64,000 nt of DNA from Mobula hypostoma (Eukaryota): positions 35,900,001 through 35,964,000 of the forward strand of contig NC_086109.1 of NCBI RefSeq assembly GCF_963921235.1. The letters are read 5' to 3'. The notes under the pieces were generated by a model. It saw only the letters and a list, made by a program, of their open reading frames with translations, was not told the origin of the DNA and made no database searches. Below are positions 1-13,945 of the stretch, piece after piece. The position numbers and the translations under genes were made by a program. How positions within the stretch are numbered: position 1 is the first letter of the stretch; every line of letters starts with the position of its first letter.

Positions 1-42
1 GAGGAACTCAGCAGGTCAGGCAGCGTCTATGGAAATGAATGT
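1..42 (-). repeat. Fragment of Penelope-like terminal repeat (region downstream of the hammerhead), cut by the window edge
   Basis: GAGGAACTCAGCAGGTCAGGCAGCGTCTATGGAAATGAAT matches ~49828-49868 and the reverse complement of ~16715-16750. Confidence 0.75.
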
Positions 43-660
43 CCTGGCTTATATTAACATGAAGTACACAGATTCCTTGATTCATGAAAATGATTCACTT
101 TGTCAGAGATGATTTCTTAATGCAAACACAAGGAAATTAGATACACACACAGTTTTCATTTTTTATAATGTTTCTGCATCACTTCAATTCAGTAAAAATT
201 TCTTTCAGCATGACGTGTTTGGCATTTCATGGTAATATATTTGCATGGAAGTAGACTATTGCTTTACACTGTCTGAAAAAATGCCTATTACACTTACTCA
301 CAAATAGTTTGGATGTACTCTGATGCATGGGAGCTAATTATACAGAAAGAGATTATTGAAGATGGATGAAATTTCAAGTGAATTTTTGAAAGTTAATATG
401 TTCTGGAACTAGAGACATGAAATTTATGCTAATGGTCTTATTTGCAATGTGTTATGAAATTCTGGCACTGGCTGAAGCTCCTGTTCCCTTGACCCCTAAT
501 CCTTCAAGTACCCTCAGCCCAATAATGTTCACATCAACTTCTTTATGCACTCACATACTTTATGAGTAGGATACCTCTAAAAGTTAATGGAGAATCTGTT
601 AATAATTATTTTGATAACTATAAAAAACCCATGAAATCCAAACAAGAATCTATCAGATAA

Positions 661-895
661 AAAGTTTGAAGTAAATTTATTGTCAATGCACATATATGTC
701 ACCATATACAACCCAGAGATTAATTTTCTTGTAGGTATACTCAGTAAATCCTTAATAGAATAATATCCATAATAGAATCAATGAAAATCCACACCAGCAT
801 GGGCATCAACCAATGTTCACAGGGCAACAAACTGTGCAAATACAAAAAGAAGAAATAATAATGATAAATAAATAGGCAATAAATATCGAGAACTC
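661..895 (-). mobile_element. 3' UTR/tail of a Rex1/Babar-type LINE
   Basis: Similar to 56297-56460 and to the reverse complement of 40500-40630, which directly follow Rex1-type ORF ends. Confidence 0.65.
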
Positions 896-1342
896 AATGA
901 AAATCCATTTCCCCTCCATCACATAATGTATTCAGTTATTTAGTATGCAAGGTATTAATTGTTGGCACCAAAATAACAAAGGAAATGTTTTGTCATGTTT
1001 ACAAACACTGGAAGCATCCAGCTGATATCATGCTGCGAATAAAACTAATTGGATGGTAAATACATGGCAATCACATGCAAAATAATGCAATTCTTTCCGT
1101 CACACTGCGAGCAAGTTATAAGGAATTGTGGACATAAAACATTAACTGTTTTCACCTAGACTTGGGACTCTATAATATCTGTAGAATCAGATTGTTCTGA
1201 TTTTGTTTTGTTAGCTGTGTCATTTAATGCCTAGTTTTCTTCTCAGAGCCTGAAAAAGCATACTTACCCATAGATCGCGGATATGAAAGGAGTGAGAGAA
1301 TTTATTTAACATCTCATGCCAGTTTCCGACCATAGAGCTAAT

Positions 1343-1525
1343 TCAAAGTTCAAAGTACATTTACTATCAAACTATGTATGCGGTATACAGCTCTGAGATT
1401 TGTCTTCCCCACAGACAGCCATGATACAACGAAAACCGTGCAACCTGTTAAAGAAAAATATCAAACATGCCCTCCACCATGCGCAAAAACAAATTGCACA
1501 AACAACAACAAAAAAGCTAGCAAAA
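1343..1525 (-). mobile_element. 3' UTR/tail of a Rex1/Babar-type LINE or derivative
   Basis: TTCAAAGTTCAAAGTACATTTACTATCAAA tail shared with ~56298-56330; TGTGCAA/ACAAAC motifs as in 661-895. Confidence 0.55.
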
Positions 1526-2182
1526 AACACAGAATATAAAATCAATAGAATTCAAACTCATAAAAGTAGCAGAACTACATTTGAAAGACAAAGGAGTGAA
1601 AGGAGTAGTTTTGTGAATTGCCTGGAGAATGTCGCCCTTGGTGGCGTCGCTTGCTGGTGTCATCTTCTTCTGGAAGATGTTTCACAAGATGACACCGTAT
1701 GTTTGGGTGCACATTTATAATCTTCTGATGATACATATAACCCAGCTTTATGAACAGAACTGAAGATTATCCATCCAAAAACTGCAGTCAACATTCATTG
1801 ACGTCAGAGTGACAACTTGCATATGAATTTCTGAAGGCTGTCACTTTTGAGAAGGACCCTCTGCAGTCCTTCTCAATAAAAGTAGTTGATGTATTTTGCA
1901 CCATCAAGACATGTCAAGAATTATGATCACTGCTACTCCTTGTTTTGTTTTTCATGGTATTATCAGATTATGACAATGCTATAATAACTCAGTTAATAGT
2001 TGACATTCATCATCAAATGTATACTACCTTCTGGGAACAAAATGTGATGGAGTTCCTTATAGAAAGTGAGTATATCTACCCCCAACAAACAGATGAATTT
2101 GGCTCAGCTGTTCAGAATTAAAATGCTTTAAACTCTCCCGTCTCTGGTTTAAATGAGATAACTGGCCCACTTCCAGAACATA

Positions 2183-3050
2183 TGGAGTCATAGAAAAGTA
2201 CAGCATAGAAGCAGACCCTTCAGCTTGTCTCGTCCATGCTGAACCATTTAAGCTGCCTACTCTCATCAACCTGCACTGGGACCATACCTCTCCATACCAT
2301 CCATGTACTTATCTAAACTTCTCACAAACATTGAAACTGAACTTCCACGCTCCACTAGTGCTGGCAGTTTGTTTCACACTCTCACAACCTTGTGAGTGAA
2401 AATGTTTCCCCACATGTTCCTCTTTAACTTTTCACCTTTCATGCTTAATCCATGGCCTTTGTTTGTAGTCCCATCTAACCTCTGCAGAAAAAGCCTACTT
2501 GCATTTACCCTATCTTTACCCCTGTATTAAATTTCCTCTCAATCTTCTATGATCCAAGGGATAAAGTCCTAAACTACTCAAACTCAGGTCTTCCAGACCT
2601 GGCAAAGTCCTTGTAAATTGTCTCTGCGCCCTTTCAACCTTATTTACATCTTTCCTGCAGGTCGGTGACAAAAACTGCATACAATACTCCAAGTTAGACC
2701 TTACCAATGTCTTGTACAACCTCAATATAACATCCCAACACCTATACACAATACATTGATTTATAAAGGCCAATGTGCCTAAAGCTTTCTTAATAACCCT
2801 ATCGATCTGTAACACTACTTTCAAAGAATTATGAACCTGTCTTCCCAAATCCCTTTGTTCTACCACACTCCACAGTGCCCTACCATTCACTGTGTAAGAC
2901 CTACCCTGGTTGGTCCTACTAAAGTGCAACCCCTCACACTTGTCCGCTTTAAATTTCATCTGCTATTTTTCAGCCCATTTTTTCAGCTGGTTCAGGTCTC
3001 ACTGTAAGCCATGATAGTCATACTCGCTGTCCACTACACCGCCTATCTAG
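2183..3050 (-). mobile_element. CR1 LINE, 5'-truncated (RT C-terminus + 3' UTR)
   Basis: ORF 2516-2959 has KCEGLHF, QRDLG.QVH.SLK, LYKTLVRSNLEYC, RRLRGNLI (CR1 ORF2 C-terminal motifs). Confidence 0.9.
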
Positions 3051-3101
3051 ACTCCCCAGCGTCGAGGATTCAAAAGGCAATCAGATGAAGTTGGCTGAAT
3101 T

Positions 3102-3360
3102 TGCCTACGCTCTGTCCACCAGAGAAAGCAGGATCTCCCTGTGGCCACACATTTTAATTCCATGTCCCATTCCATCCATGTCTATCCATGGCCTCCTCTA
3201 CTGTCAAGATGAAGCCACACTCAGTTTAAAGGAACAACACCTTATATTCTGTCTGGGTAGCCTCCAACCGGATGGCATGAACACTGACTTTTCTAACTTT
3301 CGTTAATGCCCCACTTCCCCCTCATACCCCATCCGTTATTTATTTATATATATTTTTTCT
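3102..3360 (+). mobile_element. Penelope-like element fragment (endonuclease C-terminus + start of 3' UTR)
   Basis: Encodes SIHGLLYCQDEATL..EQHLIFCLGSLQPDGMNTDFSNFR, near-identical to 16170-16420. Confidence 0.9.
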
Positions 3361-4582
3361 GTGATCACGGCTGATCATCCACAATCAGTCCCCTGTTCCT
3401 GCCTTCTCCCCATATCCCTTGACTCCGCTATCTTTAAGAGCTCTATCTGACTCTTTCTTGAAACAATCCAGAGAATTGGCCTCCACTGCCTTCTGCGGCA
3501 GAGCATTCCACAGATCCATAAGCCTCTATGTGAAAAAGTTTTTCCTCAACTCTGTTCTAAATGGTCTACCCCTTATTCGTAAACTGTGGCCTCTGGATCT
3601 GGACTCCCCCAACATCGGAAACATGTTTCCTGCCTCTAGCATGTCCAATCCCTTAATAATCTTATATGCTTCAATCAGATCCCCTCTCATCCTTCTAAAT
3701 TCCAGTGCCTAGTCGCTCCAACATATGACATTCCCGCCATCCCTGGAATTAACCCAGTGAACCTACGCTACACTCCCTCCATAGCAAGAATGTCCTTTTT
3801 CAAATTTGGAGACGAAAACTGCACACAATACTCCAGGTGGGGTCTCACCAGGGCCTTGTACAACTGCAGAAGGACCTCTTTGCTCCTATACTCAACTCCC
3901 CTTGTTATGAAGGCCAACATGCCATTAGCTTTCTTCACTGCCTGCTGTACCTGGATGCTTACTTTCAGTGACTGATGAACAAGGACACCCAGATCTCGTT
4001 GTACTTCCCCTTTTCCTAATTGGACACCGTTCAGATAGTAATCTGCCCTCCTGTTCTTGCCACAAAAGTGGATAACCTCACACTTATCCACATTAAACTG
4101 CATCTGCCATGCATCTGCCCACTCACCCAACCTGTCCAAGTCACCCTGCATTCTCAAAACATCTTCCTCACATTTCACACTGTCACCCAGCTTTGTGTCA
4201 TCTGCAAATTTGCTAATGTTACTTTTAATCCCTTCATCTAAATCATTAATGTATATTGTAAATAGCTGCAGTCCCAGCACCGAGCCTTTCAGTACCCCAC
4301 TACCCATTAATCCCTACTCTTCGTTTCCTGTCTGCCAACCAATTTTCTATTCATGTCAGTACCCTACCCCCAATACAATGTGCTCTAATTTTGCCCACTA
4401 GCCTCCTATGTGGGACCTTATCAAAGGCTTTGTGAAAGTCCAGGTACACTACATCTACTGGCTTTCCCATGTCCATTTTCATAGTTACCTCCTCAAAAAT
4501 TTCCAGAAGATTAGTCAAGCATGATTTCCCCTTCGTAAATCCATGCTGACTTGGACCTATCCTGCTACTGCTATCCAAATAT
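3361..4582 (-). mobile_element. CR1 LINE fragment (RT domain to 3' end, internal deletions)
   Basis: ORFs 4351-4641 and 3768-4307: QHGFTKGKSCLTNL, VDVVYLDFHKAFDKVPH, GSVLG..LF.IYINDL, KFADDTKL. Confidence 0.93.
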
Positions 4583-5069
4583 TCAAATTCAGATTCTTCA
4601 TTAGCAAGATCACCATTCACAATACAGATGTTAAAAGTCATTAGGAACTACAACCGATGATACTTTGAAGTTAGTAAAGTAATTGTCCCCAAGTTGGTGT
4701 GTGTGGCTTGAATTCTTTTATTACATCATGTTCCTGTCTCTATTTGCCAAATGCTCCAGTCACCTGCTGTGCAAAGGGAAGCATTGCTCTTCAAAGACTT
4801 CTTTTAAAAAACCTCGCTTGCCTGGACATAATCTTAACCCTTGCCTTTCTGGAACTTTCAGATCATCCCACTATTTCAGACATCCCACAGTCTTGAAGTC
4901 TCTTGCCACATCGAAAACCCCTTCGTTAAGCTTCTGCTTCTTGTCCCTACACAAAAAGGAATCGATCTTAACCATGAGTCCATCCCATAGTTTAGCCTGT
5001 AGCATCTTGAACAACAACTACATACAGTAAAGGGACAAAATTCCAGTAACTCAGCTGCAGTGGATATTA

Positions 5070-5150
5070 ATAGTCATAGTCACACTTTATTGATCCCGGG
5101 GGAAATTGGTTTTTGTTATAGTTGCACCATAAATAATAAGTAGTTAATTA
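5070..5150 (-). repeat. LINE 3' tail with (GACTAT)n terminus, probably Rex1-group
   Basis: TAGTCATAGTCACACTTTATTGATCCCGGGGGAAATTGGTT is repeated at ~25700-25751. Confidence 0.55.
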
Positions 5151-6059
5151 TATAAAAATGTAGGACTTCAACTTTAAGTCTGTGATTTGACTATCCTGAT
5201 ATCAGGGAATGATGTTATATTTATTGAAAATATTGGTCCACTTGATGTAACTTCCTCCAATGACTAACAGAGCTGGCAATTAATTTGTCATTCTCACTGT
5301 TATTTGCCAGTCTGGAGAAATTTGCTTCACCCATTTTTTTATCTCTGTGTTGCAGAAAGTAATTTATTTAACATCACTATGCACATTCCGCCTTCTGTAC
5401 TCTGTTTTCAGATGAAGAAAAGTAACGGCATCTGATGGGATGTAACTTGCTCATCAGCTCTGGGAATACTTTTCAATTATACCAAAATAGTGTCATAAAT
5501 CAAGCTGTTAGTGTGCTATAAATTAAATTTTACAAAATGTCATGAAACTCTGCATTTAATGTAAAATTTGTGAATGAAAATTAAATTTCTGATGAGTTTG
5601 AATGTGCTATTAGATTGCATGCAGATATTTTAATGTCATTGACTTCTGAATGATGCTCCTCACAGGTAACCTTTTAGTTCCAAGCTTCCTAAAGGTATCT
5701 ATTTCTGAACTCTTGAGCCATTTAAATTTTACTCACTCCACAATTGATGATCATATCTTAACCATTTTGGCCCCAGACTCTGGAAATGCCTGCCAGAAAC
5801 GTTTTATCTCTTTACCTGTCTTCAGTTAAAACACTTTTGACTGAGCTTTTGTCATCTGCCATAAACATATAATACCATATTTTCAAATTGATCATGCCTT
5901 TCCTAATCGCGAGGTATTTTCCTGATGCCTTGCTATCAATTCATGTATATTTTGTGGTCAAATTTATGTAGTTCGTTTTGTTTGCACTTGGTAGCAAATC
6001 TCAAATACTGCTAACTCATAAGATGATCAATTTAACTAGCCACAGAGAACAAAAGCAAA

Positions 6060-6142
6060 CATTGCAGAGTACAGAAACCTGAAATAAAACCTGAAAGAGC
6101 AGGAAATAGTCAGCAGGTCAGGCAGCATCAATGTGGAGTGAA
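6060..6142 (-). repeat. Old Penelope terminal-repeat fragment
   Basis: GCAGGAAATAGTCAGCAGGTCAGGCAGCATC resembles 1-30 and 49823-49856. Confidence 0.55.
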
Positions 6143-6299
6143 ATTTGATTACTGTTCCTTTCATCATGATTATTAAAAATTAACAAGTTCCACAGTGAAA
6201 GAATGGTCATGATAGGGCAGAGAGCCAAGCTGTTCTTATTTATTTTTTTTTTCTGGGATCTGGGTGCCTATCCACAAGCACCTTGGAGAACACACGGAG

Positions 6300-6990
6300 A
6301 ATAGATGTAGGTAGGAACAGGAGTAGACCACCAGGCCCTTAAAACCTGCCTTAAGACATCCGTTAGTCTTGCAAGACCATGGATCTGCGCTCTTCACTCT
6401 CCAGGGTGCAGGCCTGGGCAAGGTTGAATGGAAGACCAGCAGTTGCCCATGCTGCAAGTCTCCCCTCTCCACGAGACCAATGTTGTCCAAGGGAAGAGCA
6501 CCAGTGTCATCGCAGAACAATGTGTGATTAAGTGCCTTGCTCAAGGACACAATACGTTGCCTCAGCTGGGGCTCAAACTCACGACCTTCAGGTCGCTAGT
6601 CTAATGCCTTAACCACTTGGCCACGTGCCTCACCTTTCAATATAAGCATAGCTGATCTCTGCTGGCCTCAACTTCTTATCTATACCAGTTCCCAGGAGTT
6701 TGAAAACTCCTTGCTTTTCAAATATTCATCCATTTCATCCTTAAGAAACTATTAATCTAACCTCCACCACTTTCTGAGCCAGAGGAATCCCAAAGTTTTA
6801 TGACCCCCTGAGAGCAGAATTTTCAATCGACCTCAGTTTTCAGCCTACCTCTCATCTTACACTATGCTCCTCTTGTTGAAGACCCTCCCACTAGAGAAAA
6901 CATCTCACTATCTGCCTCTGAGTGTTTTCTGCATTTGCAAAAGGTAACACCCCTTATTCTTCTAAATGCCAAACAGTGTAGCCTTTTTGA
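6300..6990 (-). mobile_element. Degenerate CR1 3' end interrupted by a SINE
   Basis: AGGAACAGGAGTAGACCACCAGGCCCTT...|...TTCAATATAAGCATAGCTGATCT resembles the reverse complement of CR1 3' ends (cf. 18700-18770, 46760-46830). Confidence 0.55.
6355..6630 (-). mobile_element. tRNA-derived SINE with CORE-like segment (copy 1)
   Basis: Minus strand GGCACGTGGCCAAGTGGTTAAGG (A box) ... GAGTTTGAGCCCC (B-box-like), then GTGTCCTTGAGCAAGGCACTTAA; second copy at 50666-50965. Confidence 0.85.
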
Positions 6991-7074
6991 AAGGACAACC
7001 AGTAACTGGTAGTGAGCTCCTGCCTTATGCTACTGCAGTTTTTATGGGAGGTAGGCCTCTGTTCTCTTATTACA

Positions 7075-7226
7075 GAATTGTGATCTTGTGTGTGTTTACT
7101 GTGTGTGACTGTTGGTAATGTGTCTTTGTACCTTGACCCCGTAGTTCTGCTGTCTCGTTTGGCTGCTTTCATGAGTATTCCTACATGGCTAAATGACAAT
7201 TAAACTGGAATAGAATTGAATTGAAT
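7075..7226 (+). repeat. LINE-type 3' UTR ending in (TTGAA)n-like tail
   Basis: Reverse complement of 9622-9770 and 18800-18925; three copies in the window. Confidence 0.65.
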
Positions 7227-7239
7227 TTAAAGTATTCCC

Positions 7240-7870
7240 ACAGTGATGTTGAGCAGATAGTTACAGGATTGATTGTCCAGCAACAATGAAGGACCAGTGA
7301 TTCATTTCCAAATCAGGATGGTGTGTGACTTTGAGAGATAAGAATGCCATGCCCCTACTACACGTGTTCTTCCTGGAAGTAGGGATCACAGGTTTGTAGT
7401 TTGTACAGACTGAAGTCATTGTACATCACTGGTGCAGGGAATAAATTTTTGGAGTGATGATGGGATGATTATCAATGGAGTTACTTTATCCTTGCTGGTA
7501 TAAAGCTTCTTGGGAGTAACTAGAGAATCTGAGCAAGAGGAGAGTATTCCATCATGTTTGCGACCTGTACTTTGTAAATGGGTGTCAGGACATGAATCAT
7601 TTGCCACAGGATGTCGGGCCTCTGATTTACATGTGTGCCAATGGAATATAAGTGGCTGGACCCACTAAGGTTATGCTCAAAGCTAACTCTCAGGATATAT
7701 CCGGCAAGCAGAGGACTTGATGTAAAACCAATAAACACCTAGGTTAGGTATGAGGCACTATCTTGTATGTGACTGCCTGGCGCTTTTGTGATATCAGTGT
7801 TGCCAATTATTAATGCATGTCTGAATGCTGAGTACATCTTGTGCATGCAGGCTTGCAGCTTGGGTAGCAG
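7240..7870 (-). mobile_element. Old CR1/L2-group LINE remnant
   Basis: Minus translation IYKVQVANMMEYSPLA resembles the LYKAQVRS.MEY.. RT thumb motif; heavily degenerate. Confidence 0.5.
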
Positions 7871-8829
7871 ATTATTGGTAAGTAAATAATTCTTAGATTA
7901 CACCATCCCTGAAACCTTATATCATGTTGTCAATGACAGAGTAGGCAGATGAGACAACTTCTTACATTGTTAGATAGATGGTACTGTTATAAATGGCTTC
8001 TGCACTACATTTGAGATGCAACCATCATGTTTCTTGTTTTTGTCTAACTGCAACAAATTGTATGCTACTTAAAGGCTGACATCTTTCTATAGTTGATCCA
8101 CAGTAAGATGGCAGCAGCTTTGATGAAATGAGTGTGATTTCATTGGGAACTGTGCAGGCTCTGGTTTAATGCTTTTTTTTTGGATAAGAATGCCCTAATA
8201 GTTTTACATTTGCCATCGAATAATTTTGCAATTTTAGAGAGTTGCCTAAATTGATAATGGGACGAAACTCATCACAGCAAAAATAGGAATCCTGTAGACT
8301 GATTTGACAACATTGCCAAGGTAGTTTTTTTTTCCTGAAAAAGAAAAAATAAATCATGGATCAGGTTCATAAAAGTGTGAAAGTAAATGTCATTGAGTGC
8401 TTTTGGCGGAGAGAAATGTACAAAATATTAAGGGAAAATATAAATTGAAGAGGGAAATGCATAAAGAGGGGAGTCAGCTTGCCTTCAAGAATGTTACTGC
8501 AGTAAACTAAAGAGGTTGACAGATGTAGAATCTGATAACTTTGCACTGAATTGTAATTCAGACAGTGTGACTCACATATTCAGAAAGAAGCAAGGAACTT
8601 ATCCCCAGTCTGCAAACTTCTAAGATTTTGAAGGGGGGTGCAGGGTTTTGGATAAAATTAACATCATGGTAAAAGAGGACTCTCTTAGTTAGAGGCAGTA
8701 TCAATTCACAGGAAATAGGTTGTGTCTGAATGAACTACTTTCCTAGAAATCCCCACTCATAGCATTTAATTCCCTCCTTTTTAAATCAGCAGGTTGTATG
8801 GTGCCTCAGAATTCAATTTCATTTAACAC

Positions 8830-9330
8830 ATTTAGAATTAAAGATGAATTTCTTAGCAGATTAATTTAATGAGGTTATAGATTTAGTAGATAATATCAAG
8901 ACAGTGAATGTTATTCGTAGCCTTCTGGGATTTCACATCCAAATGTCTAAGTTACAAGATCTGTACCAATGTGGCAGGTGACAAGATTTGGATTGATTCC
9001 TGGCTCAGAAGTAGGTCACAAAGGTGAAGAGTGGATAAGAAAATCAAGGTGAAAGAAAATTTTCAGTGGTATTTTAATGGGTGTTACATAGTGCTGCTGT
9101 TATTTGCTTAAATTTCTTTGAGCAAAAAACATTGATTAAGTGACAGAAAAAAAACTATGGTTTAAAACATTGAAATTTGCTTTTGATGCACAATTGGATG
9201 TAATAATACAAAGAGTTCTGGGAAAATTGAGTTGTTGATCAGAGTGTAGGCAGCGAAATTCATTTCTACACGGGTAAGCCTAAGAGCTTCAAGTTTAGGT
9301 AGAGCTACAGTATATATTCAATGGTGTTCT
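8830..9330 (+). mobile_element. Very old CR1-like RT remnant
   Basis: TGGATTGATTCCTGGCTCAGAAGTAGGTCACAAAGG (WIDSWLRSRSQR) followed by a KFA-like motif, in the expected order. Confidence 0.4.
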
Positions 9331-9621
9331 GCTTTTTGAAAGAATAAGGTAAATGACAAGTTATTGAACAAATCTGTATTGGATAGAATCACATTTAGAG
9401 GGTAATTAGTAATTCTGAATTATAAACTTAAAAGATTAAAGTGTGATTGATGTACAATAGTTCTTTCTGAAATTGCAGTCACACTTCCATATTAATAGTG
9501 TAACTCCTATGTGGCTCTTTTCAATGCCATCCGTGTTCTTGTGTTTCTTTTCATATCTCCTTCTTGTTCCTGAAATATTGTTGCAACAAAGTCCAAAATT
9601 CTGACACGGCAGGAGTATTGT

Positions 9622-9770
9622 GCAAGTTCAAGTTCAAGTTTAGTTGTCATTCAACCATACATGAATAACCATGAATGTAGTGAAACGAAACAGCGTTACT
9701 CTGGGGCCAAGGTGTAAAACACAGTACCAACAGTCATACACAGCACAAGGCACACATAGCACATATAAAA
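9622..9770 (-). repeat. LINE-type 3' UTR with (CTTGAA)n tail
   Basis: CAAGTTCAAGTTCAAGTTTAGTTGTCATTCAACC; homologous to 7075-7226 and 18800-18925. Confidence 0.65.
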
Positions 9771-10939
9771 TATGAAGATGTGTAGAAAATAATAACAACA
9801 TTGCCTTTTCATTCTGCCTTCTGCTTTCTTTCATACTGGACCTCTGTGAGATCTTCCAGCTATTATATTGCTAATATAACGTGAGCTGAATACAAATATG
9901 AATAAATGTTCATATCTGCATTTGACTTGTGCTTAAAGAGCCTCAGGGCTCTGTATGAATTAGCATACCTTGGAGAATTGCATCCTATGAGAAATATAGC
10001 AAACTGATATAAACATGTATTTGCATTTTGTTTTTGCCAGTCAACCAATAATGAAAAATTGCCAGAAAAGTATTATGTGTAATGTCAGTCCCCATGTTGG
10101 ACTGTGAAGACCATAATTTATATTATGAAATGCATCTATAACTACCCTCAAATTATCTTCTGTCAAAGTTATTCTGAAAAAAGCTGGATTTATTTTAAAT
10201 CTTTTTAGTCATCAGCCGTATTCCATTTGAGATTAAAATTAAGTGGCACTAGATTTCTTCTGCAGCTAAATGTTGAGAAGAATTCAGTATAATTCAAAAA
10301 CTTTACTGCAGCTTTATGAATTTTGTTGGATCAGAATTAAATTTATGCTTGAGCTCTTTATGTTAATTGTCCTGGTTAAATGGCAAACATTGATCTATGT
10401 TTAATGAACTGTATGCAGAGTTTTGTTTCATTTTATTCAACAGTTCAACAAGTGGAAAGGCATAATGATAACAAAAACATAAAATACAATTGTGTTGTGT
10501 TCAGATATTCAAGTTTTTTAATGGGAAGAATAGTTACTCCCTGAAGTACAGAAGATTACACTAGCGGGACAACAGATAACTTGGGGAAATAGGTGAAAAA
10601 CTGAAATAAGTATATAACTGGATTAGCTGATGGGCATACAGAATCACTGTCCTAACTTAGGCAATTGTTTCAGTTGAAGACCAAGTGTTTTTTGAAAGTA
10701 AAGCTTAAAATAGAAGTGAAAACATGCATTACATTTACCGTCTTCAAAGCAAAAGGTTTTACAGGAATGTTTTCCACTGCCAATTGACACCATAAAGAAG
10801 CTTCTTCTTTATAAAAAAAAAGCCTCAGAGGTATGGAACTTTATCAAATGTCTTCTGAATTTACAAGTAAATTACATTTAAAATTCCCTGTTCAATTCTA
10901 GTAGGCACATGAAGAATAATTTCCTCCAAAATTAATTTT

Positions 10940-11220
10940 GTTGAGATACAATGTTGAATCGGCCCTTCTGGCCCTTTGAGCAGGGCGGCCCAGCAATCCC
11001 CCCAACTAAATCCTAGCCTAATCTTGGGACAATTTACAATGACCAATTAACCTACCAACTGGTATGTCTTTGGACTGTGGGATTAAACCGGAGCACTCAG
11101 AGGAAACCCATGCGGTCACGGGAAGAATGTACAAACTCCTCCCAGGCAGCATTGGGAAATGGACCCAGGCCGCTGGTACTGTAAAGTGTTGTGCTGATCA
11201 CTACACTACTGTGCTACCCT
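10940..11220 (-). mobile_element. V-SINE (HE1-like)
   Basis: tRNA-like head with A/B boxes; V-domain GGAGTTTGTACATTCTTCCCGTGACCGCATGGGTTTCCTCTGAGTGCTCCGGTTTAATCCCACAGTCCAAAGACAT on the minus strand; CR1-like tail. Confidence 0.88.
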
Positions 11221-13189
11221 GAAAGACACATCTCTTGCTGGCTAAAAAGAACAATAATAGCATCTTATACCATACATTGTTGTACAAATTGATTTGTAGA
11301 TTCCTTATCCTATTTTCCAAATAAAACTCTCCTGACTAATGTAATAATATTTACTATATGCGTGTGACCGTCTGTCTAATGACATGTATCATCTGCAAGT
11401 TTCATGTTCATTATGTGACACAGTGATCATCCCTTCAGTCTGGTTCTGATGGTATAAATTGCGGAACTATTGAACTGGAGTTGAACCTTCTCCATTCTGT
11501 GCAGTGGTATACAGGAGCTGTGAATCCGTTAAGGAAACAAGAAGACCGAAGTTCTTAGAGCCTATAATGGGAGAATTCAGCTATTGTAGAGCCAACCAAG
11601 TTCAGAACTAGTATCAGGGTTGGAAAGCAAGGCTTAACTAGGCAAAGTCAGGGAAGTTCAGAAGAACAAAGATCACTGGGGCAAGATGCGATTCAGATGC
11701 AAATTGGGCTAGGGAATATTGAAGGACTGTGCGATAAGGTTATCGGGTGGAGAAAGAATTATACAAACAATAGAAAGTATATATTGTAATTCATGTTGAT
11801 GGTGTCAAAGACCAATATAATTGAATTCTGGTTGTCATGCAGTGACCAATGACAATAGTTTCTGGGAAAAATGTGACCTAATTTTATCACTAGATGCTTG
11901 TCTGATACAGAAAACACACCATGTATAAGTGCAGCTCATTATGGGAAGTGCCGAGCTGAATTTACAAACTGAATGATGTGAAATGACATAGAAATCTGCA
12001 GATGCACAGAAATAATCATTATTGAATTTCACTCCGGATAAAGTGTATTTTTCATTGTGCAACAATGAAATGTACATCACTGTGTGATTGACTAGCTAGG
12101 CACTTTCCTTTGCTATTGTCAATTTCTCAAGGCAACAGCCCTATTAATTTGTTTAATAAAATTGTAAGTTTTTTTTTCTAATGAGCAGTTAATAACTCCT
12201 GCTGGAAAACGTTGTTGAGAATTCATTAACTCTCATTAAATTAAAAAAAGTTTTGAAATTACAAAGTTGAAATTATTTTTAGAAATAAATACATTTGAAA
12301 GAGTAGGCAATGCATAAAAAGCATGAAATAGTATTTAAGTAAGAAAAAAAAGCATGGGAGGAAATCTGTGTTAGTGTTAAAAATCGTGAGGATATTAAAA
12401 TTGGAGCATTTTCAAAATATTGTTTAAACCAAAGGGTATACACAAATAAATTATGGATCTTGTATACTAGCTTTAAGACAACTTCACCATACATCTCCAG
12501 CTAGTAGCTTCTGTGCTGACAGGTGCTCACTTGTTTATTAGCTTCCTTATCTTTTCTTCCTGACATTGATCTATTACACGCACCCACCTCCATGCTGCAG
12601 TTATCTTATCCATAATGTTCTGTTTAGCATTCTCTCCTGATAACTCCTCTCCAAGCAATTCCATGTCTGCAGATTCCCCAATGTGAACAGCAGAGGCTGT
12701 AATTCTTAGAATGTAATTTTCCTAATTTGATTACCATTGAATAAAATCAAAAACAATTAATGTAAGGCAAGATTTATATCCCTTGATGCAAAGTATTGGC
12801 TTGCATTTTACAAAAGGAATATCAGCACTCATAGTAATTCTATGAACAACCTCCACCAATCATATATATAGTTAAATGTGCAAAGCAGGAAGTTGCCAGT
12901 GCTGGTTGTTCTGATTCTTCAAAAACTTTGCTTCAGTGATATCTTAACGAGTGACTCTTCATCAAAATCCATGAAGGAGCATGAAGTTGTGCTACTTGGC
13001 TGACTGGTTTATGCTGAACAAGAAAAAAAGTTTAGGGCTCATCCATTCAGGTATATGCTGTGTAATATCTTAATTACTGCCAAAATTGACTATCTGGCTC
13101 TGAAGGTCTTGCTATCACCAATATTTTTCATATAAGTCTTCATTATTGGAGTTCCCATTTTTTAACAAAATAAACAATTCTGCTAACAA

Positions 13190-13945
13190 TTCTGCTATTG
13201 TGACTCCCGTCTCCCCTTCCCCCACCACCACTCTGCAATCCCGTCTCCTTCAGATCCCATTGTCAGCTCCTGGGTCCTCAGAGGCTCCATCTTCCTCTCA
13301 CCCCAACCCTCCCCTCTCCATTGACACCCCCAGCCTCCTCCCTCCCCCCCCTCTGATCCCAGCTCTCAAGATTCCAGCCTTGAACTCCAGGCCGGGTTTT
13401 TATGTGCTGCTGTTGTCACTCCCGTCTCCCCTTCCCCCACCACTACTCCGCAGCCCCGTCTTCCTCAGATCCCACCGTCAACTCCTGGGCCCTCAGAGGG
13501 TCCACCTTCCTCTCACCCCAACCATCCCCTCTTCACTGACACCCCCAGCCTCCCCCCTCCCCCCTCTGATCCCAGCTCTCATCCGTGCCGGGTCTTTACC
13601 ATCCCCTCCGACCTTCAACTGTCGGAGGCAGAACGCTCTGTTCTCAGTAAGGGCCTCACCTTTGTCGCCCTCCGCCCACACCTCAGTGAGTTCCGTGTTC
13701 GCCATGATGCGGAACTTTTCTTCCGCCGTCTCCGTCTCCGAGCCTACTTCTTCGGCAAGGACTCTTCCACCCCCACCGATGACCCCTTCTCCCGTCTTCA
13801 ACCCTCCTCTTCTTCATGGACACCCCGCTCTGGTCTTCTGCCTGCTCTGGATCTCTTTATCGCTAATTGCCGACAGGACATCAACCATCTCGACTTCACC
13901 GCACCTTTTCCCCATTCCAACCTCACTACTTCGGAACGCTCTGCT
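13190..13945 (+). mobile_element. Penelope-like 5' ORF fragments with an internal tandem duplication
   Basis: Homologous to the reverse complement of ~59110-59690; ~13190-13368 is repeated at ~13407-13581; encodes the ERSVLSKGL.F.P / FFRRLRLRAYF region. Confidence 0.9.

Noticed and set aside
1260..1272. ATACTTACC as a U1 snRNA start or minus-strand GTAAGT donor
   Set aside because: No U1 similarity beyond 9 nt, and no convincing acceptor or recognisable peptide upstream on the minus strand.
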